Shown piece after piece: positions 27,016-35,786 of a DNA stretch of 64,000 bases (positions are counted from its first letter, which is position 1; every line of letters begins with the position of its first letter). Under the pieces are notes generated by a model. The model saw only the letters and a program-made list of their open reading frames with translations. It made no database searches and was not told the DNA's origin. A program made the position numbers and the translations under genes. Source of the DNA: a bacterium (GTDB lineage Bacteria; Bacteroidota; Rhodothermia; Rhodothermales; UBA10348); assembly GCA_013204185.1 (NCBI GenBank), contig JABMOI010000025.1, forward strand, positions 14,213 to 78,212, read 5' to 3'.

Positions 27016-30003
27016 ATGGCACGCAAGAAGTCAGATCGAACCGAAGGAATTGGGGATGGACAGGCGTTTGGCCTGCCAACGTTTTCAACTCCGAATCGCA
27101 CGCCTACAAAAATTGAGATGACAGCGGTCACCCATCCAGATGGTCGGATGAGTCAGTACCCGCCCACAGACATGTGGGATGATTGGGTTGAATGGGATGG
27201 CAAGCAGTGGCCCAAGAAAGTGGCCAGGCACTACACGCTCGTTCCTACGGTGTGCTTCAACTGCGAGAGCGCGTGTGGCCTATTGGCCTATGTGGACCGA
27301 GACACGTTGGAGATCAAGAAGTTTGAAGGGAACCCCAAACATCCCGGAAGTCGTGGCAGAAACTGTGCTAAAGGACCAGCCACCATCAACCAGATTTACG
27401 ATCCCGAGCGAATTCTGTATCCGTTGAAGCGGGTTGGCAAGCGCGGCGAGGGCAAGTGGAAGCGAATATCGTGGGAGGACGCCCTTTCTGAGATTGGTGA
27501 AAAAATGAATGCGTCCCGGAAAAAACGCCGAGATGGAATCATGTATCACGTGGGGAGACCGGGAGAGGATGGCTTCACCAACCGTTGTATTGAAGCATGG
27601 GGAGTAGACGGACATAACTCCCACACAAATATTTGCTCGGCAGGCGCCAGGGCAGGATACTACTTATGGTCAGGATTTGACCGGCCTAGCCCAGATCACG
27701 CCAAAGCCAATGTGATTTTGCTCATTTCCAGCCATTTGGAAACGGGTCACTACTTCAATCCGCATGCTCAGCGGATTATGGAGGCCAAAAATAACGGCGC
27801 TAAGCTCATCACGTTTGACCCGCGCCTGTCCAATACCGCTTCTAAATCGGACACGTGGCTGCCTACATGGCCCGGGTCCGAGCAGACCGTTCTGCTGGCC
27901 ATTGCCAACCACATGATTCAGAACGACCTGTACGACAAGGAATTCGTTCGCAAATGGGTCAATTGGAGGGAAGCACTTCAGATGATTAAAGACCAGAACT
28001 ACGAAGGCGTCGATATTGACCTGCCGGGCGAGGGCATCTGGGATCGACTCAAAGGACTTCTGGATGGAGGGTCGTTTGACGCATTGGAAGACCGGGAGGA
28101 CTTTGAAACCTTCGACCGTTTACTCAAGCAGCTTTATTCAGAGTTTACCTTTGAGCGGGCAGCCGAGGAATCACAAGTACCGATTGAGCGAATTATTGAG
28201 GCCGCGGAATCCGTAGCTGGTTGTCAAGGCCGCCTTGCCACTCACACCTGGAGAAGCGCTTCTATTGGAAATCTGGGCGGATGGCAAGTCGCGAGATGCC
28301 TTTTGTTTTTGAACGTCCTAACTGGAAGCATCGGTACGGAAGGTGGTACGTCTGGAAATAGCTGGAATAAGTTCGTGCCAAAACCGTTCGACGTTCCCCC
28401 TCCATTTAACGCATGGAACGAGCTTCATTTGCCGCATGAATGGCCGCTGGCATTTTATGAAATGAGCTTTTTGCTTCCTCACTTTTTGGAAGAAGGTCGC
28501 GGCGATATCGACGTCTACTTTACGCGCGTCTACAATCCTTTGTGGATTAACCCCGATGGGTTTATGTGGATGCGAGCGCTTCAGGACGAGGAAAAAATGA
28601 AGTGCCATGTGGCGCTCACGCCGACGTGGAATGAATCTGCATGGTTTGCCGATTATGTCCTTCCCATGGGGCACGCCGGCGAACGGCACGATTTGATGAG
28701 CCAGGAAACGCACGCAGGACAATGGATCGCGTTTCGGCAACCGGTTCGCCGAGTCGCGATGGAGCGCTTGGGCAAGAAGGTAGATTATACGTGGCAAGCG
28801 AATCCCGGGGAAGTCTGGGAAGAAAATGAGTTTTGGATTGAGCTTTCTGTTCGGATGGATCCGGATGGGTCGCTCGGCATCCGGAAACACTTCAACAGTC
28901 CTTACCGTGAAGGTGAGGTTGTTACGACGGAAGAGTACTACAGGTGGATCTTTGAGAATTCCGTTCCTGGATTGCCCGAAACCGCTGCTGCAGAAGGACT
29001 TACGCCGCTCGAGTACATGCGGAAATACGCTGCATTCGAGGTCACTAAGGATCACTATGTACCCTACGAAAAAGGGATTTCCACGGATGGCACAACCGTC
29101 GATAGCTCGGGTCGTTTAGTTAAAAACGGGGCAGTGGTTGGCGTCATGATTGACGGCGTAGCCAAAACTGGTTTTACAACGCCCAGCCGAAAAATGGAGT
29201 TCTTTAGCCCCACCATGAAGGATTGGGGCTGGCCCGAGAAAGAATACACGCTCCCTTGGACGCTCAAAAGCCATGTTCACCCGGACAACATTGACCGGAC
29301 AAAAGGTGAAATGTTGTTGTTGCCAAACTTTAGGTTGCCCACTCTTATTCACACCAGAAGCGCGAATGCAAAATGGTTGTACGAGTTGAGTCACAAAAAT
29401 CCGGTTTGGATGCACCCTTCTGACGCCAAACGTTTAGGTGTTGAAACAGGTGGGCTTATCCGTGTCACAACGCGAATCGGATATTTTGTAGATAAAATCT
29501 GGGTAACCGAAGGAATCAAACCGGGTGTCATTGCCATGAGTCACCACTTGGGTCGTTGGCGACTCAAGGAAGATGAAGGAGTGAGTAAGGGAGCCTCCAA
29601 TATGGTTACGATCTCTGAAAGCCGCGAAGAGGGATCAAGGCTTCGAGTAAATCACGGCGCCGGCCCTTGGAAATCGTTTGACCCAGACACATCCCGCATT
29701 TGGTGGGAAGACGTAGGAGTCCACCAAAACCTAACTCATGCTGTTCAACCTGATCCTGTTTCCGGGCATCATTGTTGGCTTCAAAAAGCCTACAACGTTG
29801 AAAAAGCACGCCCTGAAGATCGACATGGCGACGTGTATGTGGACACGAAAGCATCCATGGAGAATTACTACGAGTGGGTTGCTTTAGCGCGTTCGGCCGT
29901 AGATCATTCTCCCGATGGAATGCGCAGGCCTTGGTGGTTTAAGCGGCCGTTAAAACCGGTTAAAGAAGCCTACAAGCTACCTGAGAAACCGTTTGGGAGA
30001 TAA
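27016..30003 (+). CDS. Molybdopterin (bis-MGD) oxidoreductase catalytic subunit, Psr/Phs/Soe-type, without a Tat signal
   Basis: N-terminal FeS motif CFNCESACGLLAYV ... GRNCAKG, at 995 aa. The N-terminus MARKKSDRTEGIGDG has no RRxFLK twin-arginine motif or hydrophobic h-region. It starts 4 nt after the FeS/NrfD gene. Confidence 0.88.
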   Translation: MARKKSDRTEGIGDGQAFGLPTFSTPNRTPTKIEMTAVTHPDGRMSQYPPTDMWDDWVEWDGKQWPKKVARHYTLVPTVCFNCESACGLLAYVDRDTLEIKKFEGNPKHPGSRGRNCAKGPATINQIYDPERILYPLKRVGKRGEGKWKRISWEDALSEIGEKMNASRKKRRDGIMYHVGRPGEDGFTNRCIEAWGVDGHNSHTNICSAGARAGYYLWSGFDRPSPDHAKANVILLISSHLETGHYFNPHAQRIMEAKNNGAKLITFDPRLSNTASKSDTWLPTWPGSEQTVLLAIANHMIQNDLYDKEFVRKWVNWREALQMIKDQNYEGVDIDLPGEGIWDRLKGLLDGGSFDALEDREDFETFDRLLKQLYSEFTFERAAEESQVPIERIIEAAESVAGCQGRLATHTWRSASIGNLGGWQVARCLLFLNVLTGSIGTEGGTSGNSWNKFVPKPFDVPPPFNAWNELHLPHEWPLAFYEMSFLLPHFLEEGRGDIDVYFTRVYNPLWINPDGFMWMRALQDEEKMKCHVALTPTWNESAWFADYVLPMGHAGERHDLMSQETHAGQWIAFRQPVRRVAMERLGKKVDYTWQANPGEVWEENEFWIELSVRMDPDGSLGIRKHFNSPYREGEVVTTEEYYRWIFENSVPGLPETAAAEGLTPLEYMRKYAAFEVTKDHYVPYEKGISTDGTTVDSSGRLVKNGAVVGVMIDGVAKTGFTTPSRKMEFFSPTMKDWGWPEKEYTLPWTLKSHVHPDNIDRTKGEMLLLPNFRLPTLIHTRSANAKWLYELSHKNPVWMHPSDAKRLGVETGGLIRVTTRIGYFVDKIWVTEGIKPGVIAMSHHLGRWRLKEDEGVSKGASNMVTISESREEGSRLRVNHGAGPWKSFDPDTSRIWWEDVGVHQNLTHAVQPDPVSGHHCWLQKAYNVEKARPEDRHGDVYVDTKASMENYYEWVALARSAVDHSPDGMRRPWWFKRPLKPVKEAYKLPEKPFGR

Positions 30004-30075
30004 ACGGCAGTGTCTGACAAATGCGGGACCCACACGAATACCACTGAAGACAGGCTTGTGATAAATTTCGTGTTA

Positions 30076-30091
30076 ACTTGTTATAACAAGT
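30076..30091. promoter_or_regulatory. Candidate operator: perfect 16-bp palindrome ACTTGTTATAACAAGT upstream of sqr
   Basis: The perfect palindrome lies 76 nt before the sqr ATG. It has the ACTTG-N6-CAAGT architecture also found at 25275-25290. Confidence 0.55.
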
Positions 30092-30166
30092 AAATACGAG
30101 TGGTATATTGAAAATGCTTTTTAGATAAAGAACAGATTTTATTGCTCACAAGCATTTAGGTGCACC

Positions 30167-31369
30167 ATGGAACGTCGTCATACTGTAGTTATTGTAGGTG
30201 GTGGTACCGCCGGTATCACCGTAGCCGCTCAACTCAAGCGCAAAGATAAATCACTCGACGTGGCCATTATTGAGCCGTCAGAAGATCATTTCTACCAGCC
30301 CATCTGGACATTGATTGGCGGGGGTGTTTTCGAAAAAGAAATCTCGAAGCGCAAAACGGCGGACTATATACCTAAGGGTGTGACCTGGATTAAAGACTGG
30401 GTCACTGGTTTCTCGCCCGAGTCGAATACCGTCTCGTTAAAATCCGGAAAGGAGATTGGTTACGACTTCTTAGTTGTGGCGCCGGGAATTCAACTTGACT
30501 GGCACAAAATTAAGGGTTTGCCTGAGGCCTTAGGCAAAGGAGGCGTGTGCTCAAACTATGGATATGAGCATTCCGAGTATACGTGGGAAGTCCTGCGCAA
30601 TCTGAAAAAAGGAAACGCCATCTTTACGCAACCTGCTACGCTTGTTAAGTGCGGCGGAGCTCCTCAGAAGATCATGTATCTAACGGCCGATTATTTGCGT
30701 CGTAACGGGAGTTTGGACAAAGTAGATATCAATTTTATGTCTCCCGGACTCGTGGTTTTTGGGGTTCCAGAATTCGCAGCCACCTTGAAGAAAGTGATCG
30801 AGCGATATGGTATCACGTTCAACTTCCAGAAAGAATTGGTCGCGATTAAAGGGAAAGAAAATCTAGCCACATTTAAAGTGACTGAGCCCGATGGAACGGT
30901 GCATGAAAAGGACTATCCATATGATATGATCCACGTCGTGCCGCCACAATCCGCTCCTGATTTTATAAAAAGTAGCCCTCTCGTCAATGCCGATGGATGG
31001 GTGGAAGTCGATCCAGGTACGCTTCAGCACACTCGTTATGCCAACGTGTTCTCTTTAGGCGACGTTTCGAACACTCCAAATGCGAAAACGGGAGCGGCCG
31101 TTCGCAAACAAGCACCGTTTGTTGTTCAGAATCTGCTCGACGTTAAAAACACAGGCAAAATTCAGACCTCAAAACGTTACAATGGATATACGTCGTGCCC
31201 ACTGATTACTGGATATGGTAAGTTGGTGTTGGCTGAGTTTGATTACAATAACAAACCCGATCCGTCCTTCCCGTTCGATACCACAAAAGAGCGCTGGTCC
31301 ATGTACTTTATGAAAACGACCTTGCTACCTTTGTTGTATTGGAACGGCATGCTCAGAGGACGGGCTTAA
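30167..31369 (+). CDS. sqr: Sulfide:quinone oxidoreductase, type II (SQOR-like)
   Basis: FAD fold VVIVGGGTAGITVAAQL, FYQPIWTLIGGG, and the two redox-Cys contexts KCGGAPQK and YTSCPLITGYGK, which mirror eukaryotic and type II SQR. Confidence 0.9.
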   Translation: MERRHTVVIVGGGTAGITVAAQLKRKDKSLDVAIIEPSEDHFYQPIWTLIGGGVFEKEISKRKTADYIPKGVTWIKDWVTGFSPESNTVSLKSGKEIGYDFLVVAPGIQLDWHKIKGLPEALGKGGVCSNYGYEHSEYTWEVLRNLKKGNAIFTQPATLVKCGGAPQKIMYLTADYLRRNGSLDKVDINFMSPGLVVFGVPEFAATLKKVIERYGITFNFQKELVAIKGKENLATFKVTEPDGTVHEKDYPYDMIHVVPPQSAPDFIKSSPLVNADGWVEVDPGTLQHTRYANVFSLGDVSNTPNAKTGAAVRKQAPFVVQNLLDVKNTGKIQTSKRYNGYTSCPLITGYGKLVLAEFDYNNKPDPSFPFDTTKERWSMYFMKTTLLPLLYWNGMLRGRA

Positions 31370-31430
31370 GCCGAGCAAGTGCAGCTTACTCTGCATAATT
31401 AGAATTCGAAAAGACCGACTTCCGAAAAGC

Positions 31431-32342
31431 GTGAATAAATCTGAACGTTTAGTCCGCTTAGAAAAGCTGGCATCCATACTGGAACGGCCCCAGAATTCTG
31501 AGGTGGTTTTTGCCCCCCTAAAAGATGGTGGGGCGAGCCTCTCAATTGAGCCAACAGATGAGTTCGCATCCGAACACTATCGAGTGTTTTGTCATGAGCT
31601 CATGCCTGCCGCTTCCGTTTTTCTAGAGCCGCGATCTATGCTAGGCGGTGAGGTATCAGCCGAGTCTTGGTCGGAAATGAAGGCAGCTGGATATGACCCC
31701 GATACGTCTTCCATCACTGCAGATCATTTAGTCAACCAGCTTCGCTTTCTGGTTCATTTGGTAGAACAAGACCAAACGCAGCGTGCTTCCAGTTTTGTGC
31801 AGCGGCATATGCTCGGCTGGATTCCGGCATTTTTGGCTACTCTCCGTCGTCTTGATTCCGGGGCGGTAAGCCCGTTGGCGGCCTACATTGAAGAGGCGGT
31901 ACTGCACCTGGCGTTACCTAGAAAAAGTGAGGATCTCTCTAGAAGCACCCTCATTCCTACGCTTTTTAGCCTTGAAAACGAAAAAACAGGCCTCGTTTCT
32001 ATCGGCATTTTCCTTTCCACACACGCTGAGAGTGGGCTTGCCATTCCCAAGTCTACCCTGCTGCATATCGCTCGCGAGCTGAGACTTCCTCCCGGATTTG
32101 GTTCTAAATCTCAAACAATCGAAGGTCTGTTTAGAGCCGCGGGTGGGTACGATTCGCTTCCTGCGTTGTGTGACTTTTTTGATGACCAAGTTGAGCTGCA
32201 CACCCAGGTATGGAGCGATTGGTCTAGTCGTGTGGGAGTCCCGGGAATAGCCCACTGGTCAGTCCGATGGAAAGAAAAGCTGCTCCACACCTCAAAAGTC
32301 GTGAAAACACTCCGCCGCTCCGCTACGCAGGCTGCTAGCTGA
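31431..32342 (+). CDS. TorD/DmsD-family-like redox enzyme maturation chaperone (tentative)
   Basis: All-helical protein with a TorD-like core (EHYRVFCHELMPAASVFLE ... ITADHLVNQLRFLVHLVE). It uses a GTG start and, at 303 aa, is longer than typical. The position next to a bis-MGD enzyme fits the call. Confidence 0.45.
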   Translation: MNKSERLVRLEKLASILERPQNSEVVFAPLKDGGASLSIEPTDEFASEHYRVFCHELMPAASVFLEPRSMLGGEVSAESWSEMKAAGYDPDTSSITADHLVNQLRFLVHLVEQDQTQRASSFVQRHMLGWIPAFLATLRRLDSGAVSPLAAYIEEAVLHLALPRKSEDLSRSTLIPTLFSLENEKTGLVSIGIFLSTHAESGLAIPKSTLLHIARELRLPPGFGSKSQTIEGLFRAAGGYDSLPALCDFFDDQVELHTQVWSDWSSRVGVPGIAHWSVRWKEKLLHTSKVVKTLRRSATQAAS

Positions 32343-34053
32343 GGCGGTCTAGGTATTCTTGTTGTCTATCCCATCTTGTGAGCACCTCGAGTAGCGCCCT
32401 GTGCGTATCTAACAGGAAGTGATCCCTGCCAATATCATCCATCGCTCCGCATGACGCCAGCATGTCCAGTGATTTTTGCCGTAGGCTGGAAATGTAAAAG
32501 AGGACGTTCTTTTCCCGTGCGATTCGATTTACCTCTATCAACGTGGCAAGGCCCGTCGTGTCTAGGTCATTTACACTTGATGCGTCCAATATGACGGCCC
32601 GAGCTCCGCTCGACATCGCGTGATCTAGAATGGCGTCCTGCAACCGATCTGCATTGGCAAAAGAAAAGGAAGCATCAATACGGATTATAGTGACGCCTTC
32701 AAACTGGTGTGCCTGTTCGTGGTTGTTAATTGATCTGAACGACCTCGAATGAGGGAGATGACCCAAAATGGCAATGTTGGGACGGCCAATTCGATACATG
32801 ATCGCGATCACAGACAACCCAATACCAGTCAATATGCCCTGTTCAATTCCGAGCGTAAGTGTGGCAAAAAAGGTGAGTAGCGCAATGATTCCATCAATCG
32901 CTTTGGTTTTTAACAGGAACCTGACCTCCGTTACATTTACCAGGCCAAACGCCGAAACCATAATGATGGATGCAAAAATGGGAATCGGCAAATAGTAAAA
33001 GAGGGGCGTCAAGAACAGCAGCGTACACAAGATGAGGAGCGCTGCAATCGCATTAGAAAACGGGGTCTGAGCACCTGCCCGATCGTTCACCGCACTGCGG
33101 GAATAACTTACAGAAACAGGAAGGCTCTGGAAGGCCGATCCCGTAATGTTCATGGCGCCCAGAGCAACCAATTCTCGGTTGGGCTGGACGCGATATCCGT
33201 GCTTGGAGGCGAACATCTTTCCAAGAGAAACCACGCCCATAAACTGAATCAGTGACAGCGTAACGGCCGTTGGGAAGAGTTCTTGAACGGCCTCATAGGA
33301 CCAAACGGGAAAGGACGGACGAGGCAGTCCTGCAGGAATTTCGCCCACGATGGCCACGCCTTGCAGGTCCAATCGAGTAAAAAAGACGACCAACGCAGAG
33401 GCTACCACAACCACTAAAGGCGCCGGGATTCGTGGCGCCCATTTCGTTATTGCCAACAGTAGAACAATTCCTCCTATCCCCATCGCAAGCGTGATGGCGT
33501 GTAGTTCCGCAAGCCGGCTAAAGGCCTCAGACAAAAGCAGAAAGACATTCATATTCCTGCCCAGTGGCACTCCCATGAGATGTTGCAGCTGGCTCATCCC
33601 AATAATGAGGGCTGCTCCTGCCGTGAAACCCGTAATTACAGGTCTTGAGAGCAAGTTTACCACGAAACCGAATCGCAATAACCCCATCGCCAGCTGAATA
33701 CAGCCAACCATGAGGGCCAACAACAGCGCATATCCGAGATAGTCTTGGGAACCAGCGGGTGCCAACATGGCAACGGATGCCGCCACGATCAGGGAGTCAA
33801 TGGCTACAATTCCAACAGCGAGCTGCTTCGTCGATCCCAAGAGTGCGTACATCACCAAGGGAATTAGGGAAGCATACAGGCCATATACCGGAGGTGCTCC
33901 GGCCAGCAATGCATACGCCATTCCTTGAGGAATGAGTACAATTCCAACGGTTAGGCCTGCAAGCAGGTCTCCTTTGAATAACGTTCGGTTGTACCCGTTA
34001 CGCCAAGACAAGAAAAACGATGGGGCCGTTTCTTCTTGGTTCATCGACCTCAA
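32335..34053 (-). CDS. SulP family anion permease with a C-terminal STAS domain
   Basis: SulP signature region GDLLAGLTVGIVLIPQGMAYALLAGAPPVYGLYASLIPLVMYALLGS, about 11 TM helices, and a STAS tail (VTIIRIDASFSFANADRL ... VILDASSVNDLDTTG). Confidence 0.9.
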   Translation of the reverse strand: MRSMNQEETAPSFFLSWRNGYNRTLFKGDLLAGLTVGIVLIPQGMAYALLAGAPPVYGLYASLIPLVMYALLGSTKQLAVGIVAIDSLIVAASVAMLAPAGSQDYLGYALLLALMVGCIQLAMGLLRFGFVVNLLSRPVITGFTAGAALIIGMSQLQHLMGVPLGRNMNVFLLLSEAFSRLAELHAITLAMGIGGIVLLLAITKWAPRIPAPLVVVVASALVVFFTRLDLQGVAIVGEIPAGLPRPSFPVWSYEAVQELFPTAVTLSLIQFMGVVSLGKMFASKHGYRVQPNRELVALGAMNITGSAFQSLPVSVSYSRSAVNDRAGAQTPFSNAIAALLILCTLLFLTPLFYYLPIPIFASIIMVSAFGLVNVTEVRFLLKTKAIDGIIALLTFFATLTLGIEQGILTGIGLSVIAIMYRIGRPNIAILGHLPHSRSFRSINNHEQAHQFEGVTIIRIDASFSFANADRLQDAILDHAMSSGARAVILDASSVNDLDTTGLATLIEVNRIAREKNVLFYISSLRQKSLDMLASCGAMDDIGRDHFLLDTHRALLEVLTRWDRQQEYLDRLS

Positions 34054-34080
34054 TGGCTCGTGGGGTTAGGAAAACGGATA

Positions 34081-35778
34081 TTAGGAGGCTGGCGCTTCAA
34101 GATAGGCATTTTGGCCTCCTTTTGAAGACTCAGAAGCATCAAATATGCGATTGTAAAAATGGTCTCGACCCACCTGTTCAGCTAATCCTGAACGATTCAT
34201 GGCGTCCAAGACAGGTCCTTTGACTCCAGAAAACAAGAGCTGAATCTGTTTTTCCTTGAGATTACGATGCAAATCTGACAGAGCGTGTAGAGCAGAGGAG
34301 TCAATTCTGTTTACTGGATACAAGTCTAATATTAGGGTTGAAATGGCTTCTGGCCTTAGAAGGACCTCATTCAACGCATCTTTTACGACTTCAACGTTCC
34401 CGAAGAATAGAGACGCATCGATTCTAAAAATCACAACACCAGGCGTTACCTCGGCGTCGGGATAACGATTTAAGTTTTTAAATATCTCTTGGCCAGGTAG
34501 TTTTCCGAGCTGAGCCATGTGGGGCTGTGATGCTTGCTGAACGAAGGACAACAGCGAGAGCCCAACACCAATTAAGATGCCCTCTTCAATACCCAAGAAG
34601 AGCGTACAGAAAAACGTTACCACAAGCAGAAACATGTCCGTTTTGTTCACTTTCCACAAATAGGTCACTTCGGCTAGGTCCATGAGCCCGGCCACCGCCA
34701 CAATCACAATGCTGGCCAAAAGCGCCTTGGGCAGAAACGTAAAGAGGGGCGTGAAGAGTAGCAGCGTGAGACCAACTACCACCGCACTTACCACGCTTGA
34801 GAGCCCGGTTTTTGAACCAGCCTGGTGGTTTACCGCAGACCGCGAAAATCCACCGGTGGTCGGAAACGCTCTGAAAAACGAACCCGCAATATTGGCGAGT
34901 CCCAGGGCAACCAATTCACGGCTGGGGTCGATGGTGTAGCGATGTTTGGAGGCAAAGGCCTTAGCCACGGCAATCGACTCCATGTATCCAACCAAAGCAA
35001 TGGCCAAGGCGGTAGGCAGGAGCGCTTTTACCGATGTCAGATCGATGAATGAAACAGACGGCACGGGAAGACCGGCTGGAACAGACCCAACAATTGCAAC
35101 GCCTGAAGCGTCCAGCCCAGCAGCGTATACCAATAACGTAGCCAAAGCCACTGCAATCAGCCCGCCGGGAATCCTTGGATTCACCTTTTTTACTGCCAAG
35201 ATCAAGGCGATACCACCCAGCCCAATTGCAAACGTAACCCCGTTGATTTCTGCGAGGTGACTAACCGCATAATAGCCCATCTGAAATACATTCTGATCTC
35301 CTGGGATGGGAATGCCGATCAGGTGTTTGAGCTGCGCCATCCCAATGATCAGGGCCGCCGCGCTGGTAAAACCGCTGAGCACGGGGTGGGACAGGAAGTT
35401 GGTTATAAAACCAAACTTCAGCAGCCCGAGTACTAACTGAATGACACCTACAATGAGCGCCAGCATCAGGGCTAGCTGGATGTATTGATCCGTTCCGCCA
35501 TCCGCCAGGTTCCCAACTCCGGCGGCAACCAGGAGCGAAACCATGGCCACTGGACCTACGGCAAGCTGACCTGAAGAGCCAAAAACGGCATAAACAATCA
35601 GTGGAATAAGCGCAGCATACAACCCATAGATGGGCGGCAGGCCCGCGATCAGTGCATAGGCTAATCCCTGAGGGATGAGCATAACGCCGACCGTGAACCC
35701 TGCGTTCAGATCCCCGGACAGATTATCTCGGTTATACGACTTAAGCCACCCAGCTAGCCCCAACGGGAAACGCGTCAT
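34081..35778 (-). CDS. SulP family anion permease with a C-terminal STAS domain (tandem paralogue)
   Basis: GDLNAGFTVGVMLIPQGLAYALIAGLPPIYGLYAALIPLIVYAVFGS and STAS tail VVIFRIDASLFFGNVEVV ... LILDLYPVNRIDSSAL. It lies 27 nt from the neighbouring paralogue. Confidence 0.9.
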   Translation of the reverse strand: MTRFPLGLAGWLKSYNRDNLSGDLNAGFTVGVMLIPQGLAYALIAGLPPIYGLYAALIPLIVYAVFGSSGQLAVGPVAMVSLLVAAGVGNLADGGTDQYIQLALMLALIVGVIQLVLGLLKFGFITNFLSHPVLSGFTSAAALIIGMAQLKHLIGIPIPGDQNVFQMGYYAVSHLAEINGVTFAIGLGGIALILAVKKVNPRIPGGLIAVALATLLVYAAGLDASGVAIVGSVPAGLPVPSVSFIDLTSVKALLPTALAIALVGYMESIAVAKAFASKHRYTIDPSRELVALGLANIAGSFFRAFPTTGGFSRSAVNHQAGSKTGLSSVVSAVVVGLTLLLFTPLFTFLPKALLASIVIVAVAGLMDLAEVTYLWKVNKTDMFLLVVTFFCTLFLGIEEGILIGVGLSLLSFVQQASQPHMAQLGKLPGQEIFKNLNRYPDAEVTPGVVIFRIDASLFFGNVEVVKDALNEVLLRPEAISTLILDLYPVNRIDSSALHALSDLHRNLKEKQIQLLFSGVKGPVLDAMNRSGLAEQVGRDHFYNRIFDASESSKGGQNAYLEAPAS

Positions 35779-35786
35779 TGTGGTAC

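Noticed and set aside
28318-29055. 245-aa ORF on the minus strand inside the molybdopterin subunit gene
   Set aside because: It is fully antisense to a 995-aa ORF with unmistakable family motifs. Its product is Arg/Pro-rich and low-complexity-like with no motif, so it is a typical shadow ORF.
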